Source of the DNA: an uncultured bacterium
GTDB taxonomy: Bacteria > Latescibacterota > UBA2968
Assembly: GCA_964471275.1 (NCBI GenBank)
Contig: CAYYGZ010000008.1
Location: 1 to 39,654, forward strand
Direction of reading: 5' to 3'
Length of the DNA stretch: 39,654 bases
The stretch's first letter is position 1. The number at the start of each line of letters is the position of its first letter. Below the pieces are notes generated by a model. It was not told where the DNA came from. It was given only the letters and a program-made list of their open reading frames with translations, and made no database searches. The translations under genes were made by a program, and so were the position numbers. Shown one piece after another: positions 9,921-19,022 of this stretch.

Positions 9921-10035
9921 TATCAGAGCCCGGGAAGCACATCAAAGGGGTCTCTCGGCAGGAAGCGGGTGGCCCTTCTGCTTGTACCGTTGGGAATGGG
10001 ACTCCTGATGATCCGACATAAGGGCCTACCCCCCG

Positions 10036-10058
10036 CTCGGCTGCGATCGGGGCAGGCT
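10036..10058. repeat. REP-like repeat copy
   Basis: ctcggctgcgatcggggcaggct, 21/23 identical to 130-152. Confidence 0.55.
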
Positions 10059-10180
10059 CGGGCACGGAAAACACGCGAGGGTGGAGCCCGCGAGCTTGTT
10101 GAACGATCGAGACATCCGATTGCTGATGATCTGGTCCTGAGAATGGAAGATAATAAGGTCTGCTTGCGAAGGGGATCTGC

Positions 10181-10627
10181 TTGAAAGTCACAGATCCTGA
10201 GACCGTCAGAGACGTCACGCCCAGATGGACCGGGACGTGTGACAGGAACGGCCGACCGGTGGTGCCTGGGAATCTTCTCGATGCGATCGGCCAGGTGACG
10301 GTGGGTGATGCCTGTCACGTGCTGCGCGAGCACGGGTATCACCACGACTATGCGGGAGGGTGGATCGCCCTGCAGCCCGACCGCATTCTTGTGGGTCGGG
10401 CACTGACGTGTCGGTGGATCCCGCTTCGGCCCGGTCTGCACGAGCTTGTTATGGCAGCCGGCGAGCGAGATGGTCGGATCGGTTTTCCTAACTCCTGGGT
10501 CATCGATGAGGTGGCTGACGGTGACGTGATCGTTTCGGATCTGTTTTTCCGAGTGAATCTCGTTGGCGACAACCTGACGACAGCCATTCAGGCAAGAGGG
10601 GGCCGAGGGATGGTGATCGAAGGAGGA
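10181..10627 (+). pseudogene. C-terminally truncated RraA/HMG-aldolase family protein
   Basis: ILVGRALTCRWIP...DGDVIVSDL...VGDNLTTAIQARGGRGMVIEGG matches the RraA fold. It breaks just before the conserved 'RD'; the rest of the ORF to 10798 is unrelated. Confidence 0.7.
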
Positions 10628-10815
10628 TATCCGTCTGGGCATCGCCTATCTGACATACTACGAGGCAAAACACTCTCATCTGACGTATCACCAGCGCGCG
10701 ATCCGGTCCCTCGAGTCAGGCCTGTCTCTGAATGCAGATCACGTGGATGGCCACTACTATCTCGGTTTGGCTTATCGACACGTTGGAAGTCTCGTTGATG
10801 CAACGATTGTGTGGT
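10626..10815 (+). pseudogene. Startless TPR-repeat gene fragment
   Basis: An alternative frame reads DIRLGIAYLTYYE...HQRAIRSLESGLSLNADHVDGHYYLGLAYRHVGSLVDA, a TPR-like pattern. Not in the ORF track. Confidence 0.55.
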
Positions 10816-10823
10816 TTGTCCGG

Positions 10824-11324
10824 CTATTCGACCCGTTCGTAGACCTCGGTAAATCCGAGGGAGTCGTCGGGGACGGTGATCCCCGTGAAGCGGCGCAAAG
10901 CGCGCTTTACATCATCGCCTGACAGGGCGTTGATGTCCTCGATGCCGATGAGATCGGCTGAATACGAGTCGTTGATGTCGGTCAGAGCCAGGGTGAGGAA
11001 GGGAGACTCAGAGACTGCGTAGCTGACGAACTGAACGTGCATCCCTCCCTGGGCGCCGGTGCCTCTGAAGGCCAGGACGCCTTCGGTCTGCCAGAATTGC
11101 CCGTGATATTCGAAGATGGTGATGCCGGGAAGGCCGGATGATGTGTTGAAGGTGCCGTCCGGATTGAGGTCAATGGTCGGTGGGAGTTCGTCTGCCGGGA
11201 AAGTCCATCGACCCGTCAGAAGCGTGTCGATATCGCGGAAGGAGGCGGGATCCTCCGCGAGGCAGCCCGGAAGCGAGAGAGCCAGGACAGCGAGTAGGAA
11301 GCGGGTCAGGGGATGCGTGGACAT
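10824..11324 (-). CDS. Hypothetical lipoprotein
   Basis: MSTHPLTRFLLAVLALSLPGC: signal peptide with lipobox-like LPGC. LTGRWTF...IDLNPDGTF suggests a lipocalin-like beta fold. Confidence 0.6.
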   Translation of the reverse strand: MSTHPLTRFLLAVLALSLPGCLAEDPASFRDIDTLLTGRWTFPADELPPTIDLNPDGTFNTSSGLPGITIFEYHGQFWQTEGVLAFRGTGAQGGMHVQFVSYAVSESPFLTLALTDINDSYSADLIGIEDINALSGDDVKRALRRFTGITVPDDSLGFTEVYERVE

Positions 11325-11655
11325 AGTTGATATGGGCTTTTTGTGTGACGAAGGCGCATGGTGATCGAGATAAATATCCAATATCGCACGTCGAATGTCC
11401 ATCATCGAAGGCAGCACCGGGAAGGCATTGGCCGTGATGTTCGACCAATAAGCTATTTTAGGGTCTCAAGACCGGAAATATAATCACATACCGGCTGTAG
11501 TATTAAAAAATTTACAATATCTCTTAATATAGAGCCTCTTAATGGTAAGCGTCTGGCGAATAGGTTATTAAGAATTAGAAGTTATAAATAATTTATTGAT
11601 TTCAGGGAACTGGTTAAGAAAATTAAGGTGTAAATCTTATTTTGGAGGGCAGGTG

Positions 11656-12822
11656 GTGAACCGAGGGATGACTGGGCACGTAGAAGTATCTGTTTCGGGT
11701 GGGGAGAACGTCGAATCGTTCGTCCCAGCGCCCTTGCCACCCGTGCCCGCGATCGAAGTGGCGGGGCTCGAGACCTTGCTCGAAGAAGCGTTGCTCGAAC
11801 TGGGTCGGCTGGACGGTCTAGGCGGGCTTGTGCCGGACGTATCGCTCTTCATATACGCGTACATCCGGAAAGAGGCCGTGGTCTCCTCCCAGATCGAGGG
11901 AACACAGTCATCGCTGTCTGAATTGCTGCTCTTCGAACTCGAACAGGCGCCCGGTGCGCCCGAGACAGATGTCGGGGAAGTCGCTCGCTACGTGGCCGCA
12001 TACGAGCACGGGCTGCACAGGCTCTGTACCGAGCTGTCCGTGTCCGGCCGGCTGATCCGGGAAATTCACGAGATCCTGCTGACCGATGGTCGTGGCAGCC
12101 AGGCAGACCCAGGCAACTTCAGACGATCGCAGAACTGGATCGGAGGCTCACGTCGGGGCAACGCGACCTTTGCGCCGCCGCCACACCGGGTCGCGGACTG
12201 CATTGGTGACCTGGAGCGCTTTGTCCACAAGGATGATTCGGTCGGCTCGCGGGTCATCAAGGCTGGATTGGCACACGTACAGTTTGAGACGATTCATCCG
12301 TTTCTCGATGGGAACGGTCGGGTCGGCAGACTGCTCATCACGCTTCTGCTTTGCGACTCGGGAGTGCTGCGTGAGCCACTTCTCTACCTGAGTCTCTACT
12401 TCAAACAGAATCGGGCAGAATACTACCGGCTGCTGAGTGGTGTCCGAACAGAAGGAGATTGGGAAGCGTGGTTGACGTTCTACTTGCGAGGAATCCGAGA
12501 CACTGCCGCCCACGGTGTGATGACAATCAAGCGCCTCACAGATCTGTTCACCGGAGACCGTGACCGGATCGCGGCAGAAGGTCGTGCCGGTCTGTCAGCG
12601 ATGCGAGTTCACGAAGCGTTCAAGGCCATGCCGGTTCTGACGATCGCCGAGGCGGCGAGACGGACCGAACTGACGGTGCCGACGGTGACATCGGCGATGA
12701 GCTTGCTGGAACGGATGGGGATCGCGAAGGAGTTGACGGGGAAGAAACGGAATCGGGTGTGGTGGTATGATGAGTACGTTCGGATTCTGGACGAGGGGAC
12801 GGAGCCTATCGAGGATTCCTGA
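11656..12822 (+). CDS. Fic family protein (class II) with C-terminal HTH
   Basis: Canonical HPFLDGNGRVGR; inhibitory SSQIEG motif N-terminal to it; HTH-like LTIAEAARRTELTVPTVTSAMSLL; RBS GGAGG at 11644-48. Confidence 0.93.
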   Translation: MNRGMTGHVEVSVSGGENVESFVPAPLPPVPAIEVAGLETLLEEALLELGRLDGLGGLVPDVSLFIYAYIRKEAVVSSQIEGTQSSLSELLLFELEQAPGAPETDVGEVARYVAAYEHGLHRLCTELSVSGRLIREIHEILLTDGRGSQADPGNFRRSQNWIGGSRRGNATFAPPPHRVADCIGDLERFVHKDDSVGSRVIKAGLAHVQFETIHPFLDGNGRVGRLLITLLLCDSGVLREPLLYLSLYFKQNRAEYYRLLSGVRTEGDWEAWLTFYLRGIRDTAAHGVMTIKRLTDLFTGDRDRIAAEGRAGLSAMRVHEAFKAMPVLTIAEAARRTELTVPTVTSAMSLLERMGIAKELTGKKRNRVWWYDEYVRILDEGTEPIEDS

Positions 12823-12916
12823 TTGAGGATCGAGGATTGAAAGACAGAGCCACGGCCAAGCGGGATGGCTTTCGGGATGTCCCGCTTGTCTTTCTGGACG
12901 TGTCTGAGCTCTACCC

Positions 12917-14446
12917 CTACCGGGCGGAGGCGTGCGTGCGTTTCAGGAAGCAGACGGGAACTATGGTGATCAGGAAGAGGACAGCGGTGATCCGATAGCA
13001 ATCGCCGAAGGCGGCGACTGTGGCTTCCTGCCAGAGGGACTGTTGTATGAACTCAGCAGCGAAGGCGTCAGGATTGGGATGGGATGTGGACAGCATGCGG
13101 GTGGACACGCGATCGAGGTGGTAAGAGAAGACGGCGGACGAAGCACTGACACCGCCAACCAGACGGGCGACCCGAGCGGATACCCGGTGAGAGAACAAGA
13201 CGGCCACCAGGGCGCCACCGACGGAACGGCCGAGTTGGCGCATCAAGGCGTGGAGACCCGACCCGAGCCGAACGGACGACTGCGGCAGGGCGCTGAACAT
13301 CGTGTTCGCAAGGGGGGCCCAGATACACATGCTAACAACCCCCATGAGAACGAGCAGACCGGTGATGCTTGCGGCCGAGGAGTGCATTGACAGGCTTGAC
13401 AGTGCGTAGAGCATTCCTGCAAAACCAAGCACACCGGTGCCGATCAGAAGGCGTGGGTCGATTCGATCGGAGAGCCAACCCGTAAACGGTCCGAGGACGG
13501 CAGTCGTTATGCCTGACGGTACACGAAGAATCGCGCTCTGGAAGATCGAGTAGCCCAGCATTCGCTGGAGGAAGATCGGAAGCAGAAGCGTGACAGCCGT
13601 CGTGGAGGCCGGAACGATAAAGCCCAGCGTACTGCCGGCAGTGAAGGCCGCGTGCTTGTAGATGCTGAGATCTACGAGTGGTGCTTTGCTCCTCAATTCA
13701 ATCCATACAAAGGAGATGGCTGAAACGGCGCCGAGCAGGACCAGGGAGAGGGTTCGGGTGTTGAAGCCGATTGGGACATTGCGCTGGGTCACGAGAAGGA
13801 CCGCGGAGACCACCGCTGTGCCAAGAGTAACGGCACCGGCGAAGTCGAACCGGCCAACTGCAGACCGTGGTGGATCGCGAAGCAGCAGGTAGCCCATAAA
13901 CAGCGACGAGATGCAAAGTACAATCGTGTAGTAGAAGCCCCATCGCCAGCCAAACTGGTCGGATAGAGTGGATGCGATGAGACTGCCGATCGTCGTTCCG
14001 GTGATGAGCGTGAGATTGCTGACGCCCAGGACGTAGCCACGTTTTCCTTCAGGGAAGGAATCGAAGATGAAGGGCGTCGTGAGCGGAAAGAAGCAGCCTG
14101 CAGCGATGCCTTGGATGATGCGCAGTACGATCAGGCTGGGAAAGTTCCAGGCGAGGGTGCAGGCGAACGTGCACAGGGAGTAGACACCGAGGCTGCTGAG
14201 AAAGAGACAACGCTGGCCAAATACGTCACCCAACCAGCCGACAGCGGGCATGATGACGACCATGGTGAGCATGAACGCGGTCAGTACCCACTGTGCGGAT
14301 TGCACGTCGATCGCGAACTCGGACATCATCCGCGGGAGCAGCAGACTGATCATGCCGATGCTGTTCGACAGGACCGACAAGGCGCTGAGTGATACGGTGA
14401 CGAGTACCAGCCAGGCATGTTCGTGCTGGTTGGTGTCCTGGCTCAT
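12917..14446 (-). CDS. DHA2/EmrB-QacA family MFS efflux permease
   Basis: About 14 hydrophobic segments; QWVLTAFML, GWLGDVFGQR, LRIIQGIAAG, GWLSDRIDPR, RQLGRSVG. Confidence 0.9.
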   Translation of the reverse strand: MSQDTNQHEHAWLVLVTVSLSALSVLSNSIGMISLLLPRMMSEFAIDVQSAQWVLTAFMLTMVVIMPAVGWLGDVFGQRCLFLSSLGVYSLCTFACTLAWNFPSLIVLRIIQGIAAGCFFPLTTPFIFDSFPEGKRGYVLGVSNLTLITGTTIGSLIASTLSDQFGWRWGFYYTIVLCISSLFMGYLLLRDPPRSAVGRFDFAGAVTLGTAVVSAVLLVTQRNVPIGFNTRTLSLVLLGAVSAISFVWIELRSKAPLVDLSIYKHAAFTAGSTLGFIVPASTTAVTLLLPIFLQRMLGYSIFQSAILRVPSGITTAVLGPFTGWLSDRIDPRLLIGTGVLGFAGMLYALSSLSMHSSAASITGLLVLMGVVSMCIWAPLANTMFSALPQSSVRLGSGLHALMRQLGRSVGGALVAVLFSHRVSARVARLVGGVSASSAVFSYHLDRVSTRMLSTSHPNPDAFAAEFIQQSLWQEATVAAFGDCYRITAVLFLITIVPVCFLKRTHASAR

Positions 14447-15552
14447 TCCCGGATATCGATTCCCACGACGGCGGAGAGACCCAGCTGTAGAACGTCGCTC
14501 GGGTCCTCTACGGAGATCCGAATTGGGATGCGCTGGACGACCTTGACAAAGTTGCCGCCTAGGCTTTCCCGTGGGATGACGGCGAATCGGGAGCCGGTTA
14601 CCGATCCAATTTTTCCGACATGTCCCGTCAGCGGCGTATCCGGCCAGGCATCGACCGTGATTTCGACAGGTTGCCCTATCCGGACCTTGGCGATCTGCGT
14701 TTCCTCTACATTTGCGACGACCCAGAGTGTATCGAGATCGTGGATAAATGCCAGCGCCTGACCGTCATCGACCAGCTCACCCGTGTTTACGACGGTGCGT
14801 GCGACGATTCCTCGCACCGGGCTGATTGTCTGTGTTTCGCTAAGTCCGATCCGTGCCTGCTCGATTTCCGCCTGGGCGAGCGTCAGGTTGGCGCGTGCTG
14901 TTTCCACCTTCTGGTTCTGTATGCGCACGGCATGCAGCTGGCCATCCGTCATCTTCACTCCTGCCGCCGCCCTGGTAACGCGCTCACTTGCCTCGTCCAG
15001 TTCCGCTTTACGCTGTTGAGCGCGTATTCTGGCGGCCTCGAGTTCCGATTCGGATATCAGTCCTGATCTTGAGAGCCGCTCCGAACGCCGCAGGCTTCGC
15101 TCCGCTTGTTCGTGTGCCGCCTGCGTCGCGGTCAGACGTGCCTTTGTTGCCGTCCAATCCGCGGCATACTGCTCGGCTACAGGACCGGCGCGAAATTTCT
15201 CGTGGTCAAGCTTGATCCGGGCCTCGGCCAACTGGCTGCGCGCAGCGGATGCGACGGCTCGTGCCTTCTCCAGGTCAGCCCGGAAGGGCCGGTCATCCAG
15301 AACGACGAGAACATTACCGACCGCCACGGTGTCACCGGTTGACACGGCCACGCTGTCGATGCGGGCGGACAGGCGGCTCGATATCGTGACGAGGTTTCCG
15401 GATACGTAGGCGTCATCGGTGATGACGTGACTCAGATGGTAGCGAATCGTCGGGATGAGCAGAAGAGCTACAACAATGAAGAGCACGGCAAGACCACCGA
15501 TGATCCGGCTCGTATTCATGCGTGTCTGGGTTGTGATTTTCGGGGCGTCCAT
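14443..15552 (-). CDS. HlyD/EmrA family membrane fusion protein
   Basis: N-terminal TM, TDDAYVSG, coiled coil, ISPVRG, WVVANVEETQI, GNFVKVVQRIPIRI; 4-bp overlap with the permease. Confidence 0.92.
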   Translation of the reverse strand: MDAPKITTQTRMNTSRIIGGLAVLFIVVALLLIPTIRYHLSHVITDDAYVSGNLVTISSRLSARIDSVAVSTGDTVAVGNVLVVLDDRPFRADLEKARAVASAARSQLAEARIKLDHEKFRAGPVAEQYAADWTATKARLTATQAAHEQAERSLRRSERLSRSGLISESELEAARIRAQQRKAELDEASERVTRAAAGVKMTDGQLHAVRIQNQKVETARANLTLAQAEIEQARIGLSETQTISPVRGIVARTVVNTGELVDDGQALAFIHDLDTLWVVANVEETQIAKVRIGQPVEITVDAWPDTPLTGHVGKIGSVTGSRFAVIPRESLGGNFVKVVQRIPIRISVEDPSDVLQLGLSAVVGIDIRE

Positions 15553-15771
15553 GAGAGAAATCTAGAGGCAAGTTGGGAGACAGGCAAATCGGGAACTCGG
15601 GGGGTCTGGAGGAGCAGGCAGATTTGGGGGGAGCAAACCGGAATGACCGGTGGCAGATGACAAGTGACAAGAGCGAATCCTGTATAACCCGTGGGCGCTG
15701 GCCGCGGCGGGTGTTTTATTAGGGTAGGCTCAATAGGATCTGTTTCAACCCGTCTATTGAGGATATGCTGT

Positions 15772-17880
15772 ATGCGGTTACATCTTGTTGGAAACTCGCA
15801 CATTGATCCTGTCTGGCTGTGGGACAAATATGAAGGGATCGATGAAGTTCTGAACACGTTCCGGTCGGCGTGCGATCGGCTGGATGAGTTCCCGGAGCTC
15901 TGTTTCTCGGCCAGTTCTCTGCAGTTCTACCAGTGGTGTCTGGATTACGATCGTGGACTGTTCGATCGAATCAGGGAGCATGTCGAGGGAGGACGCTGGG
16001 AAATCACGGGTGGATGGTGGATCGAGCCGGACAGCAATCTGCCGCTCGAGGCCAGCGTGAAGAAACAGCACGCGGTATCGCAGCGGTTTATGGACCATCA
16101 TTTTGGCGGCCTCACGACGGATGTGGCTTTCCTGCCCGACACGTTTGGCCATCCGGCATCTCTACCCAAGCTCCTGGCGGAGACAGGACAGAAGTACTTT
16201 GTCTTCTGCAGACCCGGTGCTCACGAAAAAGACGACCTGCCCGGAAACCTGTTCTACTGGGAATACGGTGGACACCGCGTTCTCGCATACCGGTTGAAGC
16301 ATCATTACACGCAGTCGAAATCCACTGACGAATCCATTGTCTTCGAACGACTGAGCGATCCCGAGTATGACGAGCAGTCGGTCAACGGTTTCCTGTTTGG
16401 TGTCGGCAATCACGGTGGGGGACCCACGGTCGCGGAGATCGAGCTGTATCGGAAGTATATTGTCGGCAGACCTAAGAATGACGCGGGCTTTTCGACGTGT
16501 GCCGCGTTCTTCGCAGAAGCGGAGAAGACGCAGGACATCCCGACTTACAGCGGCGACCTGCATCGACACGCTGTCGGGTGTTATTCCGTGATGCGTGGTT
16601 TGAAGCAACAGATTCGGAGTTCCGAGCACGGCCTAGGGTTTGCCGAGCGCGCGATGCAGCAGGTGGATGGATCCACAGATTCCCTGGCGCCGCTCTGGCA
16701 CAAGACGCTGTTCAACCAGTTTCACGACATCATGCCCGGAAGCTGCTCGCCTGCCGCAGCGGACATGGCGCGTGCCGAGATGGGTGGGGTCGACGACGGC
16801 TGGCGGACACTTGCGTATGAGTCGCTGAAGTCTCTCTCCGCCAACCGACCCGTCACGTGTGAGGAGGGAGAGTTCCGTATCTTCAACACCCTGCCGTATG
16901 AGGTCAGGGCTCCGCTGAGCGTCGAATCGTTTCAGTATTTCGTACCGGACGCCGAGTTCAGGGACGCTCAAGGTTCGCAGATCGAGATTCAGGAGGCGAC
17001 CCCAAGTGTAAGGTGCAACAATCGCCGATGGGTGTTTGTCGACACGTTACCTGCGAGGGGGTTCAAGACATACGCCTTCCACAATGAGGGTCCGAAGCAG
17101 CCTCGGGGATTCTCTACTGCCCACTTCGTTGAAGGCGACCAAATCGCAAGCAACGCGTTTGCCGTCACGGGGTCAGGCACCGTGACTCGTGCGGACGGCA
17201 ATCCGCTTCTGCCGGATCCGAGGTTCCTCGTTCTGAATGATGCTTCTGACACGTGGGGGCACGGTGTCGTCAGGTATAACGATGTGATCGGCGCATTTTC
17301 CCTTGTGTCTGCAGCTGTTTGTACGGGGCCGGTCGTAGAGCAGGCGTTCCAGAAGTGGACCTTCGAGCGCTCCCACATCGATGCTGTATACACACTCTAC
17401 CGGGACCTATCGTGGATCGACCTGGATCTTGCCATCAACTGGGCAGAGGATCGACGCATCCTGAAGATGGAAATCTCACCGGAAGGATACGGCGAGGATG
17501 TGTATACCGTGCAGGGACCCGGAGGATCAATCGATCGTCCTGCGGATGGGAGCGAGCAGCCGCTTCACCACTGGGTTGGGCTGCGCGGTGGAGATGGCGC
17601 CTTCGGGGTTGTTCAGGATGGGGCATTCGCGTGCGATTGCTCGGGCGGGCGTCTTCGGATCAACCTCGTTCGTTCCAGTATCTACGGGTATCACGATCCC
17701 AATGTTCTGGATCCGCTTGACCCACAGCAGCTCACGGATCAAGGTTTGCACCACTTTCGGTTCCGTTACTTCTTCGACCGAGAACTGGATCCGACGAGAA
17801 TGAACTGCCGCGTTGAAACCATGCTGGAGCCTTTTATGGTTATCCGGGAGAGCGGCAGCCCATCGACGCCGAATAGATGA
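15772..17880 (+). CDS. GH38 alpha-mannosidase-like protein
   Basis: GNSHIDPVWLW (Zn ligands), GGWWIEPDSNLP, FLPDTFGHP (nucleophile), GVGNHGGGPT, NQFHDIMPG; no signal peptide. Confidence 0.92.
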   Translation: MRLHLVGNSHIDPVWLWDKYEGIDEVLNTFRSACDRLDEFPELCFSASSLQFYQWCLDYDRGLFDRIREHVEGGRWEITGGWWIEPDSNLPLEASVKKQHAVSQRFMDHHFGGLTTDVAFLPDTFGHPASLPKLLAETGQKYFVFCRPGAHEKDDLPGNLFYWEYGGHRVLAYRLKHHYTQSKSTDESIVFERLSDPEYDEQSVNGFLFGVGNHGGGPTVAEIELYRKYIVGRPKNDAGFSTCAAFFAEAEKTQDIPTYSGDLHRHAVGCYSVMRGLKQQIRSSEHGLGFAERAMQQVDGSTDSLAPLWHKTLFNQFHDIMPGSCSPAAADMARAEMGGVDDGWRTLAYESLKSLSANRPVTCEEGEFRIFNTLPYEVRAPLSVESFQYFVPDAEFRDAQGSQIEIQEATPSVRCNNRRWVFVDTLPARGFKTYAFHNEGPKQPRGFSTAHFVEGDQIASNAFAVTGSGTVTRADGNPLLPDPRFLVLNDASDTWGHGVVRYNDVIGAFSLVSAAVCTGPVVEQAFQKWTFERSHIDAVYTLYRDLSWIDLDLAINWAEDRRILKMEISPEGYGEDVYTVQGPGGSIDRPADGSEQPLHHWVGLRGGDGAFGVVQDGAFACDCSGGRLRINLVRSSIYGYHDPNVLDPLDPQQLTDQGLHHFRFRYFFDRELDPTRMNCRVETMLEPFMVIRESGSPSTPNR

Positions 17881-17894
17881 GAGGGTAGAGAATC

Positions 17895-18944
17895 ATGCCG
17901 CCAGCGAAAGATCAGATGACCTCACTCGAACGGACACGCGCCGTCGTGGCGGGTAAGCCGGTAGATCGTCTTCCTGTGCAACCGATGATGATGACATTTG
18001 CTGGCAAGTACGCGGGCATCCCCTTCGGCGAATACTGTCGCGACGGAGCCAAAATGGCGTCGGCGCAGCTGAAGACCTGGCAGGATTTCGGCACTGACAT
18101 CCTGCTCACCTGCTCGGATCCCGCGCGGGAAGTCATCGATCTGGCCGGAGAAGACAGCGTCTGCTGGTATGACGACCAGCCACCGGCGATCGACGAGGAG
18201 AATGCCGCGCTCAAAGACAAGACGGCCTTACATAGGTTGAAGAAGCCGGACTTGACGGGTGATGGCCGAATGGCAGACCGAGTGCACGCGATTCGGATGC
18301 TGCGTCGAGAGGCCGGGCCGGGTGCCGTGGTCGTCGGATGGGTAGAAGGAGCACTCGCGCTGGCTGCCGAGCTGAGAGGGATCAACGGTCTCATGATGGA
18401 CTTCTATGACGATCCCGATTTTGTGGACGAGCTTCTCGACTTCTGTGCTGACCTGGCCGTGGAATACGCTCGTGTTCAGGTCGATGCGGGTGCAGACAGC
18501 ATAGGGATGAGTGATGCCGCTGCTTCCCTCATCGGCCCGAAATTCTACGACCGACACCTCTGGTCGAGACAAATGCGGATTCTGTCATCGATCCGAGAGA
18601 CAGGCGCCATGAGCCGCGTGCATATGTGCGGCTGTACGGATAGCCTCCTGCCCCGTATGGGTGAGCTTCCTACGGATGTCTACGAGATCGATTTCATGAC
18701 AGACCTGGTGAAGGCCCGCGAGGTGTTCGGGCTTGACCGGACGATCTGTGGGAACATCGACACACTGGATACGATGCTCCACGGAGAGGTCGGTGGTGTT
18801 CGCGATGCCGCCGCCTCCTGTCACGCAACGTGCGGGTCCTGCCACATTGTCGCTCCGGGGTGCGAGGTCGCTCCCGCGACACCGGTTGAGCACATTGCGG
18901 TGCTTGTGGATTACGCCAGGACGGCCATTTCTTCCGAGGATTGA
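17895..18944 (+). CDS. Uroporphyrinogen decarboxylase / MtaA-CmuA family protein
   Basis: MTSLER...VDRLPVQP, GWVEG, MSDAAASLIGP, VHMCG, CGNID, APGCEV (HxC...C Zn-type ligands). Confidence 0.88.
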   Translation: MPPAKDQMTSLERTRAVVAGKPVDRLPVQPMMMTFAGKYAGIPFGEYCRDGAKMASAQLKTWQDFGTDILLTCSDPAREVIDLAGEDSVCWYDDQPPAIDEENAALKDKTALHRLKKPDLTGDGRMADRVHAIRMLRREAGPGAVVVGWVEGALALAAELRGINGLMMDFYDDPDFVDELLDFCADLAVEYARVQVDAGADSIGMSDAAASLIGPKFYDRHLWSRQMRILSSIRETGAMSRVHMCGCTDSLLPRMGELPTDVYEIDFMTDLVKAREVFGLDRTICGNIDTLDTMLHGEVGGVRDAAASCHATCGSCHIVAPGCEVAPATPVEHIAVLVDYARTAISSED

Positions 18945-19022
18945 GTCTGAGGTCATGCCGTATGCCGATACACTTCGCAGCAACACCCGCTGTACTGATA
19001 TCACAAGGACGACGGACCTGCA

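Noticed and set aside
2703..18944. Calling the URO-D-like genes hemE
   Set aside because: They lack the HemE RQAGR motif and there is no tetrapyrrole gene context.
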